Source: Verrucomicrobiia bacterium (GTDB taxonomy: Bacteria > Verrucomicrobiota > Verrucomicrobiia > Limisphaerales > UBA11358). From it: DNA of 64,000 nt. Where the stretch lies: contig DASYYL010000085.1 of NCBI GenBank assembly GCA_035933915.1, forward strand, positions 13,747 to 77,746, given 5' to 3'. A program made the position numbers and the translations under genes. Below the pieces are notes generated by a model that searched no databases, had not been told where the DNA came from, and saw only the letters and a list, made by a program, of their open reading frames with translations. This document shows positions 1-8,372 of this stretch, one piece after another; position 1 is the first letter of the stretch; each line of letters opens with the position of its first letter.

Positions 1-74
1 TCTCAACATCAATGGGTGCGGTTACGATGTTGTGTTGCTCTAGCAATTCTGTGGACAGCTCTCTTACCAGTTTT

Positions 75-443
75 CTACGGACGCTCATTTTTTGGTTTTT
101 TTGATGGTTTTGACAATTCCCCTACTATCCATGCTTTTTCTGCTTTTGAAAGCCCGTTGGTCAGTTGTTGCTCAATGTGGTTCTGATCCTCGCTCGGTTC
201 GGGAATCAGTTGGGCAACCGGCACCTTCATCGCAGCGGCCAGTTCGAAAAGGGTGTGCAGCAAAAAATTTTGCCGCCCCTTTTCGATGTTTGTAACGGAT
301 GTGCGCGTCATGCTCACGCGCGAAGCTAGGTCTTCCTGGGTCAGCTTAGTCGCCTTGCGCGCCAATTTGACCTTTCGCCCGACAATTTGATACAGCTCGC
401 GCCGATTTTTTTTTGCGGAATTCTGTTTTATTTGACTGGGCAC
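75..443 (-). CDS. XRE-family helix-turn-helix transcriptional regulator, divergent from the Ubl operon
   Basis: The segment LTQEDLASRVSMTRTSVTNIEKGRQNF matches the classic Cro/C1-type HTH signature. The 122-aa ORF is transcribed divergently from the 577-3483 operon. Confidence 0.85.
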   Translation of the reverse strand: MPSQIKQNSAKKNRRELYQIVGRKVKLARKATKLTQEDLASRVSMTRTSVTNIEKGRQNFLLHTLFELAAAMKVPVAQLIPEPSEDQNHIEQQLTNGLSKAEKAWIVGELSKPSKKPKNERP

Positions 444-474
444 AACACCTACAAAATAAGCGGATTTTCAAAAG

Positions 475-540
475 ATGTCAACAAGACAAACTGTTTGTAT
501 TATTGACATATAGTTACGCATAGTTTCTTTTGTTGACATA
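475..540. promoter_or_regulatory. Candidate operator/promoter repeats in the divergent XRE-Ubl intergenic region
   Basis: TTGACATA occurs at 503-510 and 533-540. TTGTTGACAT at 530-539 is inverted as ATGTCAACAA at 475-484. TTGACA also matches a -35-like hexamer. Confidence 0.4.
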
Positions 541-576
541 GTGCCGGAGTGCGTCTAGCTTGCCATCAGGCCGGCA

Positions 577-1338
577 ATGACGCTGGTCACAAACATCAAA
601 AAAATGTCTGCAATCAAACTGCACGTGCATACGTGCGAAGAGGTGGAACCGAAGCTGATTGAAATCACTTCGGATGCCACGGTTGAGCAACTGCTCAATG
701 AGATGCAAGCGGCCGGTGCCGCTGTCGGCGAATCTGGAGAAGAAGTGATTCTCTGGGTCGAAAACGAGGAAGTTGCGTGCCGCAAGGAAAACAAGCTTCA
801 CGACCACGGCATCAGGCACGGACACCATGTCCATTGCCATCAGTGCCGTCATGTGGCTGTAACCGTTACGCACGATTCACAAACCAAGGAAAAACCGTTT
901 GCGCCATCGGCAACTATTCAAAAGGTGCATGAATGGGCGGTTAAGGAGTTTGAATTGAAGCCGGAAAGTGCCGACGAAGTCCTTTATCTGCACGGCGATT
1001 TGACTCATAAACTGCCCGAACATGCTCACGTTGGCTCATTCGTGAAGTTTCCACACTGCAAGCTGGCTCTGCGGCTCGCCTGCAAGGAAATCAAGGTGAG
1101 CGTGTCTTACACCGGGCATGACCCGTATGAGCACAAATTCACGCCGGAAACAACCCTTGGGACGGTTAAAGCTAAGGCGATGGAGTTGTTCAAAATCGAA
1201 CCGGGTGCTGCGGACAAATACGTTCTCCAGTATGACGGCGCCAGCTACGATGACGCCACGAAGATTGGTAAATTCGGAAAGTGCGAGTTGCCACTGGTGC
1301 TCTTGCTCAAAAAACCTCAGGAAAAGGGTTATGCCTGA
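577..1338 (+). CDS. Multi-ubiquitin-type protein with three tandem beta-grasp (ubiquitin-like) repeats; BilA-like Ubl
   Basis: Three ~80-aa repeats share a pattern that ends in G..(H/K)C.L.L (HGIRHGHHVHCH, HVGSFVKFPHCKLAL, KIGKFGKCELPL). The C-terminus is ...KKPQEKG-YA. The gene is followed directly by E2, JAB and E1 genes. The start could be ATG 577 or ATG 604. Confidence 0.8.
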   Translation: MTLVTNIKKMSAIKLHVHTCEEVEPKLIEITSDATVEQLLNEMQAAGAAVGESGEEVILWVENEEVACRKENKLHDHGIRHGHHVHCHQCRHVAVTVTHDSQTKEKPFAPSATIQKVHEWAVKEFELKPESADEVLYLHGDLTHKLPEHAHVGSFVKFPHCKLALRLACKEIKVSVSYTGHDPYEHKFTPETTLGTVKAKAMELFKIEPGAADKYVLQYDGASYDDATKIGKFGKCELPLVLLLKKPQEKGYA

Positions 1339-1777
1339 TAACTTGGGAGATTTTTTGGCCGGCCACGACTGGGAACTCTTCAAGGCCCTCAAAGGCTGGC
1401 AGGTCGAGCGCGATGACAAAGCAACGGATGTCATTCGCTTGACCCTGCCAGCCCGCGATGGCGAACAATATATTGTTCGCTTCGTTTGTGATGGCTATCC
1501 CGATGAGGCACCGCGCGTGCAATTCATAAATGCCCAAGGGTCCGCCAGCGACCGCACGGCTTGGCCCAACGGAAATGGTGCGTTTTGCGAGGTGGTAAAA
1601 CTGCCGCCACATTCGTTTCTATGCACCGATCTCACCCGGGAAGGTTTTGAGCATCATGCGGATTGGAAAAGCCGACCGACGGCATGGAAGGGAACCACTC
1701 ACACGTTGCTAGATTTATTCAACTACATCCAAGATGATTTACTCAATTCAGTCAATTATCAGGGCCGTGCCAAGTAG
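1331..1777 (+). CDS. Prokaryotic E2-like ubiquitin-conjugating enzyme (UBC fold); BilB-like
   Basis: The motif YIVRFVCDGYPDEAPRVQF is the UBC-like YP.E.P core. WPNGNG sits in place of the HPN motif. A candidate catalytic Cys lies in HSFLCTDL. The ATG at 1331 overlaps the Ubl stop by 8 nt. Confidence 0.8.
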   Translation: MPDNLGDFLAGHDWELFKALKGWQVERDDKATDVIRLTLPARDGEQYIVRFVCDGYPDEAPRVQFINAQGSASDRTAWPNGNGAFCEVVKLPPHSFLCTDLTREGFEHHADWKSRPTAWKGTTHTLLDLFNYIQDDLLNSVNYQGRAK

Positions 1778-2243
1778 CAAAATTATTTTGCCGGAGAAAA
1801 TCTGGATTCAAACCTGGCTGGGCTTGCGGTCGCGCGGTCATGGTGAAGTCGAGAGCGCGGCGATTTGGGGCGGCAAACGCAGTGGTCAAACCGAAACCGT
1901 CGAGGCGGTTTATTTTCTGGATGACCTTCCGGGTCATGTTCAGTTTGCGGGATACCATCGGCTGCCTGAAAGTGATTTGGCCACGCTTTTTCGCCAACTC
2001 CAGCAGGACCAGCGGGTGATTGTTGGGGATGTTCATACCCATCCGGGGCGCTGGGTTGGATTATCCGGCTTGGACAAGGCCAACCCTATCGAATTTCGGC
2101 AGGGGCTTTATGCGTTCGTTTTGCCATCCTATGCCGTTCCAGAACCGTCGCTGGTTCAGGCTGGCGTTCACGAATATAAGGGTAACGGCCGGTGGAAAAT
2201 GCTTTCGCAACGCGCCAAGAAAAAGGTCATCAATTTTGTTTAG
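1734..2243 (+). CDS. JAB/MPN+ (JAMM) metallopeptidase; BilC-like deconjugating/processing peptidase
   Basis: A complete JAMM motif HTHPGRWVGLSGLD (H-x-H-x7-S-x2-D) is present, with an upstream Glu in GEVESAAIWGG. An alternative GTG start lies at 1767. Confidence 0.9.
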   Translation: MIYSIQSIIRAVPSSKIILPEKIWIQTWLGLRSRGHGEVESAAIWGGKRSGQTETVEAVYFLDDLPGHVQFAGYHRLPESDLATLFRQLQQDQRVIVGDVHTHPGRWVGLSGLDKANPIEFRQGLYAFVLPSYAVPEPSLVQAGVHEYKGNGRWKMLSQRAKKKVINFV

Positions 2244-2247
2244 TGCC

Positions 2248-3483
2248 ATGAATATTTCCCGAATTACCAAGGCGATTGCGGTGGCCCGCCGCGGTCAAAA
2301 TTTTAAGGACGCTGAAAATATCAGGGATAAAAGCATTGACCTGTTCTTGTCGCCGCAACCTAATGAAACCGATTGTCAAATGGCGCAAGTGGCCACAGCT
2401 TTGGTTTTGCGCTGCTTCAATGGGAAAATTCGGATCCATTCTTCCGGCTCGAATCGCCGCCTCCGCGCCTTGTTGGAGGCCGAAGGTAATAAAATGGGCG
2501 CGGTGGAACGACTGGATTTTTCCCCCCGTGAATCTGGACCGTGGCGGTTGGCCATTGGCCACCATGTCGAAGGTATGATTTCTGCGGACGCCTCCGGTTG
2601 GACCGCACGAATCAATGGCGTTTTTTCTGAAAAGTCACCCGCCGCCCCTCCGGCGATCACCTTTGCCATCGCCTGCGCCGTCGCGAAACTCTTTAACCAA
2701 GCCATTTTTGACGCGCACCAAAATGCCCATGAATCATGGGACTTTTGCTTGCTGCGGTTTCTGTCCGGCGTGCACAGCCCCATCCAGATGGATCAGAAAA
2801 TTAGTCTGGGGCGGATAGGGGTGCTTGGGGCAGGAGCCATCGGGTCAGCCCTTGGATGCGTGCTCTCAATCTCGGATTGGTCTGGGGCGATCGAAGTGAT
2901 TGACTACGACGCTTATCAGGACCCCAATCTGGAGACCTGTGTGTTTGCTGACATTCAAGATGTAAACCGTCCGCTTCGGAAAGCTTTGGCGTTGGCTGAA
3001 GCCTTGAAAGGCAAAAACCTCGATGTCCATGAGCGGCGGTGCAAGGTAGAAGCTGGAGCAGGGTTGCTCGCGGAGCCATGGGATGCTTTTGTCTGTGCCG
3101 TGGACAATCCCGAAACCAGGCGGATTCTCGACGATGCCAATGCGCGTGTTTTGCTAAATGCCGGGGTGGGAGCTTCAAAACATGATATGGGCTGGGTCTT
3201 GTGGACTCAACACGGTCAGCCCGGTCAGACAAAATTGTCTTCGCTGTATCAGGCTGATTCGGGAATGGAAACTGCCGATGCAGAGGATGTCCCCGAGGAA
3301 TTTCGCGAAGAATGCAGTCGAATGGGTTATCAGGGCGTTTCGTTGGCCCTTCCGTTTGCTGGGCTTGCTGCTGGTAGTCTCTTGGCTGCAAGCCTGGTTC
3401 AACAAGCCAATGGGAAACAGACCCCACTATCGTTCATTCAATTGGATTTGCTCGGCAAACAACAGCGAATGACAGTTCGATAG
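2248..3483 (+). CDS. E1-like ThiF/MoeB-family adenylating enzyme with a ~190-aa N-terminal extension; BilD-like
   Basis: The Rossmann motif GVLGAGAIGSALG is followed by EVIDYDAYQDPNLETC and CAVDNPETRRILD, as in ThiF/E1 adenylation domains. The ATG at 2248 lies 5 nt after the JAB stop. Confidence 0.85.
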   Translation: MNISRITKAIAVARRGQNFKDAENIRDKSIDLFLSPQPNETDCQMAQVATALVLRCFNGKIRIHSSGSNRRLRALLEAEGNKMGAVERLDFSPRESGPWRLAIGHHVEGMISADASGWTARINGVFSEKSPAAPPAITFAIACAVAKLFNQAIFDAHQNAHESWDFCLLRFLSGVHSPIQMDQKISLGRIGVLGAGAIGSALGCVLSISDWSGAIEVIDYDAYQDPNLETCVFADIQDVNRPLRKALALAEALKGKNLDVHERRCKVEAGAGLLAEPWDAFVCAVDNPETRRILDDANARVLLNAGVGASKHDMGWVLWTQHGQPGQTKLSSLYQADSGMETADAEDVPEEFREECSRMGYQGVSLALPFAGLAAGSLLAASLVQQANGKQTPLSFIQLDLLGKQQRMTVR

Positions 3484-3528
3484 TCCTTGGTTGAAAAATT
3501 GGCTAAAGCCTTGCGTCCAATAAAAATC

Positions 3529-4404
3529 TCACACCGACTCCGCTGCCGCAATGGTTTCAAACTCGGTGTGAATTTCCGCATGGTTGCCGGTCAGATACCG
3601 GACGACCTTGGCATTTTTCAGCAGCGTCTTGATGTAGGTTTGCGCGGTTTGCAGCGTGAACATATTTTCCGTGTAATTGTCCGTGATGGATTTCAAATCC
3701 CGCTCCAGTGATTCCATTTCGCCTTCCATCCGCGCAATTTCCTCCGGGGTCATGCCTTTCTTTTTCTTTGGTTCGCCGGAGTTGGCCCGTTGATTTTCCA
3801 CTGTCCCCAAGACGAGCGCCTCCACGTAGCCGGTGAAAAAATTGTTGTAAGTGACCATCAGTTCCGTGATTTCAATCTGCCGCATCCCCTTGACCCGCTT
3901 CAGCATTCGGATGGCCGCCGGCGAAACATTTTTGTCCTTCAACAATTCCGCCGCCTGTTCGTGGATGCCGTTGAGCAAATTCATGGACGCCAGCACGACA
4001 TGGGCCGGCATGTTCAACGCCTCCGCCAGTCGCTCGACGCTCACGCCTTCCTTCACTGCTTTGACGATCATTTGGTGTTCCTGAATGGGCGGCAACCGGC
4101 TAACCCGCGCGTTGTAGGTGTAGCACTCATCGTCGGTCGCAATGATGCAGTCGGCGGACGTTTCGCCCAATTCCTTCAGCGCCACATAACGCAGATGCCC
4201 GTTTTGCAGCAGATATTTTCCCGGCGCGTCTTTTTGCGGATAAACCACGAGCGGTTCAACCAATCCCACCGCCTTGATTGAGGACAGAATTTTTTTGTAG
4301 CGCAGGATGCCTTTATGCACGTCCTTGATTTGCCGCATGGGGGTGATGTCATCCAGCGGCAGTCGGATTTTCCGCAGCTCGAATCCAATTTTCATTTCAT
4401 TCAT
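3529..4404 (-). CDS. ParB/Srx-like N-terminal domain protein with a RepB-type C-terminal region
   Basis: The ParB-N-like core is GLVEPLVVYPQKDAPGKYLLQNGHLRYVALKELG. Its start overlaps the upstream gene's stop (ATGA at 4401-4404). Confidence 0.75.
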   Translation of the reverse strand: MNEMKIGFELRKIRLPLDDITPMRQIKDVHKGILRYKKILSSIKAVGLVEPLVVYPQKDAPGKYLLQNGHLRYVALKELGETSADCIIATDDECYTYNARVSRLPPIQEHQMIVKAVKEGVSVERLAEALNMPAHVVLASMNLLNGIHEQAAELLKDKNVSPAAIRMLKRVKGMRQIEITELMVTYNNFFTGYVEALVLGTVENQRANSGEPKKKKGMTPEEIARMEGEMESLERDLKSITDNYTENMFTLQTAQTYIKTLLKNAKVVRYLTGNHAEIHTEFETIAAAESV

Positions 4405-5288
4405 GCTGCCTCCTTGTTTCCAAGCGTCAGTTTCGCCGATAGATATTTGGGGATTGTGGCCAGCGACTCCGCCCGCAACAGATTGAAAAAGTTTTCATCG
4501 GCCAGCAATTTGTTGAACGCCGTGACGATAAAGGACAATCTGGCTTCGCACACCCGCGCTTTTTTGATCATCAACTTCTGGCGCTGACTTTCTTTCCGAT
4601 ACGCGCTCACCATGCTTTCGACGCTGGTTTTGGGTTTGGCAGGCTGGACTTTGCCCGCGCGTTGCTTGCCGATCAGCCGCCGCTGCACAATCAGACCCTT
4701 GATGTATTTCAGCGACAAATAATTTAGCTCCTTGTTTTCGTATGCCTTTAGCAGTTCGCGTTGCATTTCGAGGGTGTCAGTTTTGGCGATGTCCACCGCG
4801 ACCCAAATCGGAATTTTCCCCGTGATGGCCGCTTCGAGCAGACGTTCCTCACCTGCTTTTTTAAGACTCATCAGCCCGCGCACGAGATGGTCGCTGACAT
4901 CCAGCTTTTTGCTGATTTCTCCTACGCTGTAACCGAGCGTCTTTAGCCGTTCGATTTCATTGATCAAATCCAGCGGCTGCGGATAGCGCCGCGCAATGTT
5001 TTCCACCAGACTGCGAATCAGCCGTTCCTCCCTGGAAATATCCACCACGATGGCCGGAATTTCCGTGTGTCCCAGCGCCTTGAACGCTTCGAGGCGCCCT
5101 TGGCCGCATATCAAATCGTATTCAGGGCCGGACGTTTCATTCACTGACCGGATGCTGACTTGAATCGGCATTTTTAGTCCGACATTTTTGATGCTTTGGA
5201 CTATCAGCGCGAATTTTTTCTGGTCGCGGTAGCGTGGGTTCAAAATGTAAATCCGGTCAATCGGTATCATTTTAATTTCATCATTCAT
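4401..5288 (-). CDS. ParB/RepB/Spo0J-family protein (ParB N-terminal domain plus HTH)
   Basis: The segment MPIQVSIRS...YDLICGQGRLEAFKALGHTEIPAIVVD matches the ParB box region. There is an ATGA overlap with the recombinase stop at 5285-5288. Confidence 0.8.
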   Translation of the reverse strand: MNDEIKMIPIDRIYILNPRYRDQKKFALIVQSIKNVGLKMPIQVSIRSVNETSGPEYDLICGQGRLEAFKALGHTEIPAIVVDISREERLIRSLVENIARRYPQPLDLINEIERLKTLGYSVGEISKKLDVSDHLVRGLMSLKKAGEERLLEAAITGKIPIWVAVDIAKTDTLEMQRELLKAYENKELNYLSLKYIKGLIVQRRLIGKQRAGKVQPAKPKTSVESMVSAYRKESQRQKLMIKKARVCEARLSFIVTAFNKLLADENFFNLLRAESLATIPKYLSAKLTLGNKEAA

Positions 5289-6829
5289 AAAATCTCCTCA
5301 AGTCTGACCCGTTCGGTCATGGCAAAAAAATTGTCCAGCGTGTCGAAACGGTAGGTGTCCAGATAAACACCGTTGAATTCGGCGATCCGCAGGTTTTCCC
5401 ACGTCATGTCAATGCCCGGCAGGATGTAATAATCCCGGATGCCCTCGTTGATCGTGTCCATGCGGACGGCGATGGTGATGTCGGGTTTCAATCCGGCATC
5501 CAGCCGAATCAGCCAGCGCGACGAACCGGCAAAAGTCGTTGTGTGCCGGCACAGGACGATGGAAACCCGCAGTTCGCCGTTCACCAGCACTAAATCTGAT
5601 TCGTCGTCCCCGATGGCCGTCCCGCCCAACGCGATGATTTTTTGTATCACGGACGCCACGAGGTCTGGCCGCTGTTGGCGCAACCGACGGTTATCCTCGA
5701 TGAATGTAAAATCAATCCCCGAATCGTAACCGATGAGTTTGTAGGCTGAAACCAGGCTGCCGAAGCGATGCCGATAGGCTGCGCTCGAGGGAAAATCTTC
5801 CGCCTCGTCAATCAGGATGCCGCTGATATGACCGTGCTGGCTCAACAGGCCGCGCAGTTTTTCCAGCATCTCCTCATCGGTGAATTTCCGGCTGCGCGCT
5901 AGAATGATTTCGCGCACCTTGAAAAATTGCTCCGGTTCAATGATGCCCTCAAAAACGCCATCGGCGCGCACCCACCGTTCCGGCGGGTTTTCAACATGCT
6001 TGCGTTTCAGTTTGAAGGATGTGCGGTGATAGACGTTGTTGCCGATATATTTTTCATTGGTGAGAACTTGGTGAACGGTGCTGCGCGTCCATGACCGGCC
6101 AAAATCCGTGACGATGCCTTTTCCATTTAGAGCGTCGGCGATTTCGGATTCGTTCTTGTCGTCGAGAAAAGTCCGATAAATCCATTGCACAGTTTTGACT
6201 TCATCATTCGGTCCGCGCACCAGCACCACGCGGTCGGTCTGGATGCTTTTGTGCTCGCCCATCTTCAACAGCCCCTTTCGCTGCCCGCTCTGGTCAATCA
6301 GCATCCGGCGCAAACCGAAACCGGCCGTTCCGCCCTGCTTGAATCCCTCCTTAATCAGCCGGCACGCACCCTGAAATACTTTTGATGACAGCTCGCGGCT
6401 ATATTCGCCGGCCATCGCGCGTTTGACGCCTTTGACGATGGTGGACACCGGGCTGCCGTCATTTTCAAACTGCTCCGCGCAGTAATGCACCGCGACGCCG
6501 GCATTGCGGCAGGTGTATTCATAATGGGCGCTTTCATCGGGGTCTTGAAATCGTCCCCACCGGCTCACGTCATAGACGAGGATGTTGCCAAAATTGATCC
6601 GGCCACTCCGAACATCTTCCAGCATTTGCGACAACGCTTCTCGGCCTTCAATGTTCAAACCGCTTTTGCCCTCGTCCGAATATATTTTGACGATTTCCAA
6701 CCCCCGGCGCTTGGCGTAGTCAAGAATGACATCCATCTGGTTGCTGGTGGAGTATTGCTGATGCTCCGTGGACATGCGCACATAGGCAGCGGCGCGATTG
6801 AGTGCGGCGTTTTTGTCTTCTTTGCCCAT
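5285..6829 (-). CDS. Large serine recombinase (resolvase/invertase N-terminal domain plus recombinase domain)
   Basis: AAYVRMSTEHQQYSTSNQ contains the catalytic Ser. The segment YSDEGKSGLNIEGREAL...VYDVSRWGR matches the resolvase core. The start was chosen at MGKEDKN (ATG 6827-6829); the longest ORF extends to 6967. Confidence 0.9.
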   Translation of the reverse strand: MGKEDKNAALNRAAAYVRMSTEHQQYSTSNQMDVILDYAKRRGLEIVKIYSDEGKSGLNIEGREALSQMLEDVRSGRINFGNILVYDVSRWGRFQDPDESAHYEYTCRNAGVAVHYCAEQFENDGSPVSTIVKGVKRAMAGEYSRELSSKVFQGACRLIKEGFKQGGTAGFGLRRMLIDQSGQRKGLLKMGEHKSIQTDRVVLVRGPNDEVKTVQWIYRTFLDDKNESEIADALNGKGIVTDFGRSWTRSTVHQVLTNEKYIGNNVYHRTSFKLKRKHVENPPERWVRADGVFEGIIEPEQFFKVREIILARSRKFTDEEMLEKLRGLLSQHGHISGILIDEAEDFPSSAAYRHRFGSLVSAYKLIGYDSGIDFTFIEDNRRLRQQRPDLVASVIQKIIALGGTAIGDDESDLVLVNGELRVSIVLCRHTTTFAGSSRWLIRLDAGLKPDITIAVRMDTINEGIRDYYILPGIDMTWENLRIAEFNGVYLDTYRFDTLDNFFAMTERVRLEEIL

Positions 6830-7107
6830 GTTTTCAAAAGCGTTTATTTTTGACCCCAAACAACGGCTCAATCCGCTTCGCCGCCATCCGCATACGTTTT
6901 TACGATTTCCAATTCCCGGCGTTGGGCGTATTCGCGGATGGCAGCCATTTGCTCGCCGATGAAACAATTTGGCCGGCCATCGGCGTTTCTTGCATACGCG
7001 GCAGACCGTTTTTGCGAATTTATGTCATCATCATTTTTCATGGTGAAAATTTTGCCTGCATTTTACAAGTTGGCGGCGAAGTGGCTATGTCATCTTGTAA
7101 CGCAATG

Positions 7108-7377
7108 TCAGGACTTTGATTTTTTCGGTTTTTTCCAATAGAAGGGGTGGGTTTTACGCCAGGCGCGCACGCGCTCCAGTTGATCCGGCCCGCGCCAGTA
7201 ATCCTGGTTTTCCGGCTTGGCGTGCCAGAATTTTTGACTCAGCGCCTTGCTGGCTTTTTTGCAGGCGGGTTTTGAGCAAAACATCTGGCGATGGCGGCTG
7301 CGGGGATCGGGAACAAATGCCCGTTTGCAATTGATACATTCCCGCTTGTGGTGTTTGTGTTGCATAACAAACACCAC
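7108..7377 (-). CDS. Small basic Cys-rich (zinc-ribbon-like) protein
   Basis: The residues CINCKRAF...FCSKPACKK form a CxxC...CxxxxC pattern. The gene lies upstream of, and on the same strand as, the recombinase module. An alternative start lies at 7365. Confidence 0.5.
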   Translation of the reverse strand: MVFVMQHKHHKRECINCKRAFVPDPRSRHRQMFCSKPACKKASKALSQKFWHAKPENQDYWRGPDQLERVRAWRKTHPFYWKKPKKSKS

Positions 7378-8372
7378 CGACCACGATTATTCAGGTGCAA
7401 TTAAAATTGGAGTCAGATTCGTTGAAGCGGGAAAAGCCACTGACCGAGCGTGCCTCGCGCTGGAATTATATGGCTCGCTCGCGCCGTCAAGGACACTACG
7501 AAAAACGGCTCAAACAAAAATGGCTCGCCGTTTTTCGTTCCTCCCTGACCGCGTTCGCTGCGCCAAGAGTTTGCGCTTAGGAATCACGCTCGGAGTCTGC
7601 ATGTCATGTTTGGAAGTGCTAACACCGGAAATTTATCCCTGACAACGGCAAACAATTCATCTGTCGCCGAATATGCACTCAACCTCAATGAATCCGAACG
7701 CTGACAGCGTCACAACATCATCAGCATCTTCGTTGACAGGTCCCGGTAGCATTTTCAGGAGGCAGCCACCAAATGTTCCACTCGTTACCGCAGGCATTAC
7801 CGAGCCGTAAAATAATTCTCCTCTCCTGACGGGATGACCGCCTTGCCCGCAATCGCCACCAGTTCGCGTTGCCCCTCGATGCGATCATCCAGCCGCGCCT
7901 CATTCACCCGCCAGATGCCTGCGGACTATTTGCTGTCGGGCACAGGTGCGATCAAATGCCGATCCATAGCCCAATGATGATTCAGACTCGACGCCCGCAT
8001 CGTTCGTCGGCTTGTCGTTCTGGCTGGAAACCAAAAATAATCGGCGGCAGCTTTCGCTACCGCCGAGGGCTAATCATCTCCATTGACGGAGAATGAGGTC
8101 CGTTATTTCAGCGACAATTTTCATTATGGCCAGCATCTGTAGTGCAGTGCCGGCCCAACTGAATCGTCGCACTTTACGGCGCCTTCTCATTGGGAGGTCC
8201 TCCTGGGCAGGTTTTCACCCGTTCCGAAGAACCACACAATGCGGAGCGTCACGCTTTACAATGCCAACGGACAGCCACGGATGTCTTATTCATTGGACGC
8301 CCGCATGCGCCACGTTCGCTCAGACGCCGTGGCATTCGCAATATTCGCTGCGTTGTCACCATTGTCAAACGA

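Noticed and set aside
1118-1330. 5' extension of the E2 ORF (track start at 1118)
   Set aside because: It overlaps the third beta-grasp repeat of the Ubl gene. The ATG at 1331 gives a normal-sized E2 that overlaps only the Ubl stop region.
2020-2247. 5' extension of the E1 ORF (the track start at 2020 would give 487 aa)
   Set aside because: The extension overlaps the JAB gene for 224 nt in another frame and has non-protein-like composition. The ATG at 2248, 5 nt after the JAB stop, fits the operon's compact coupling.
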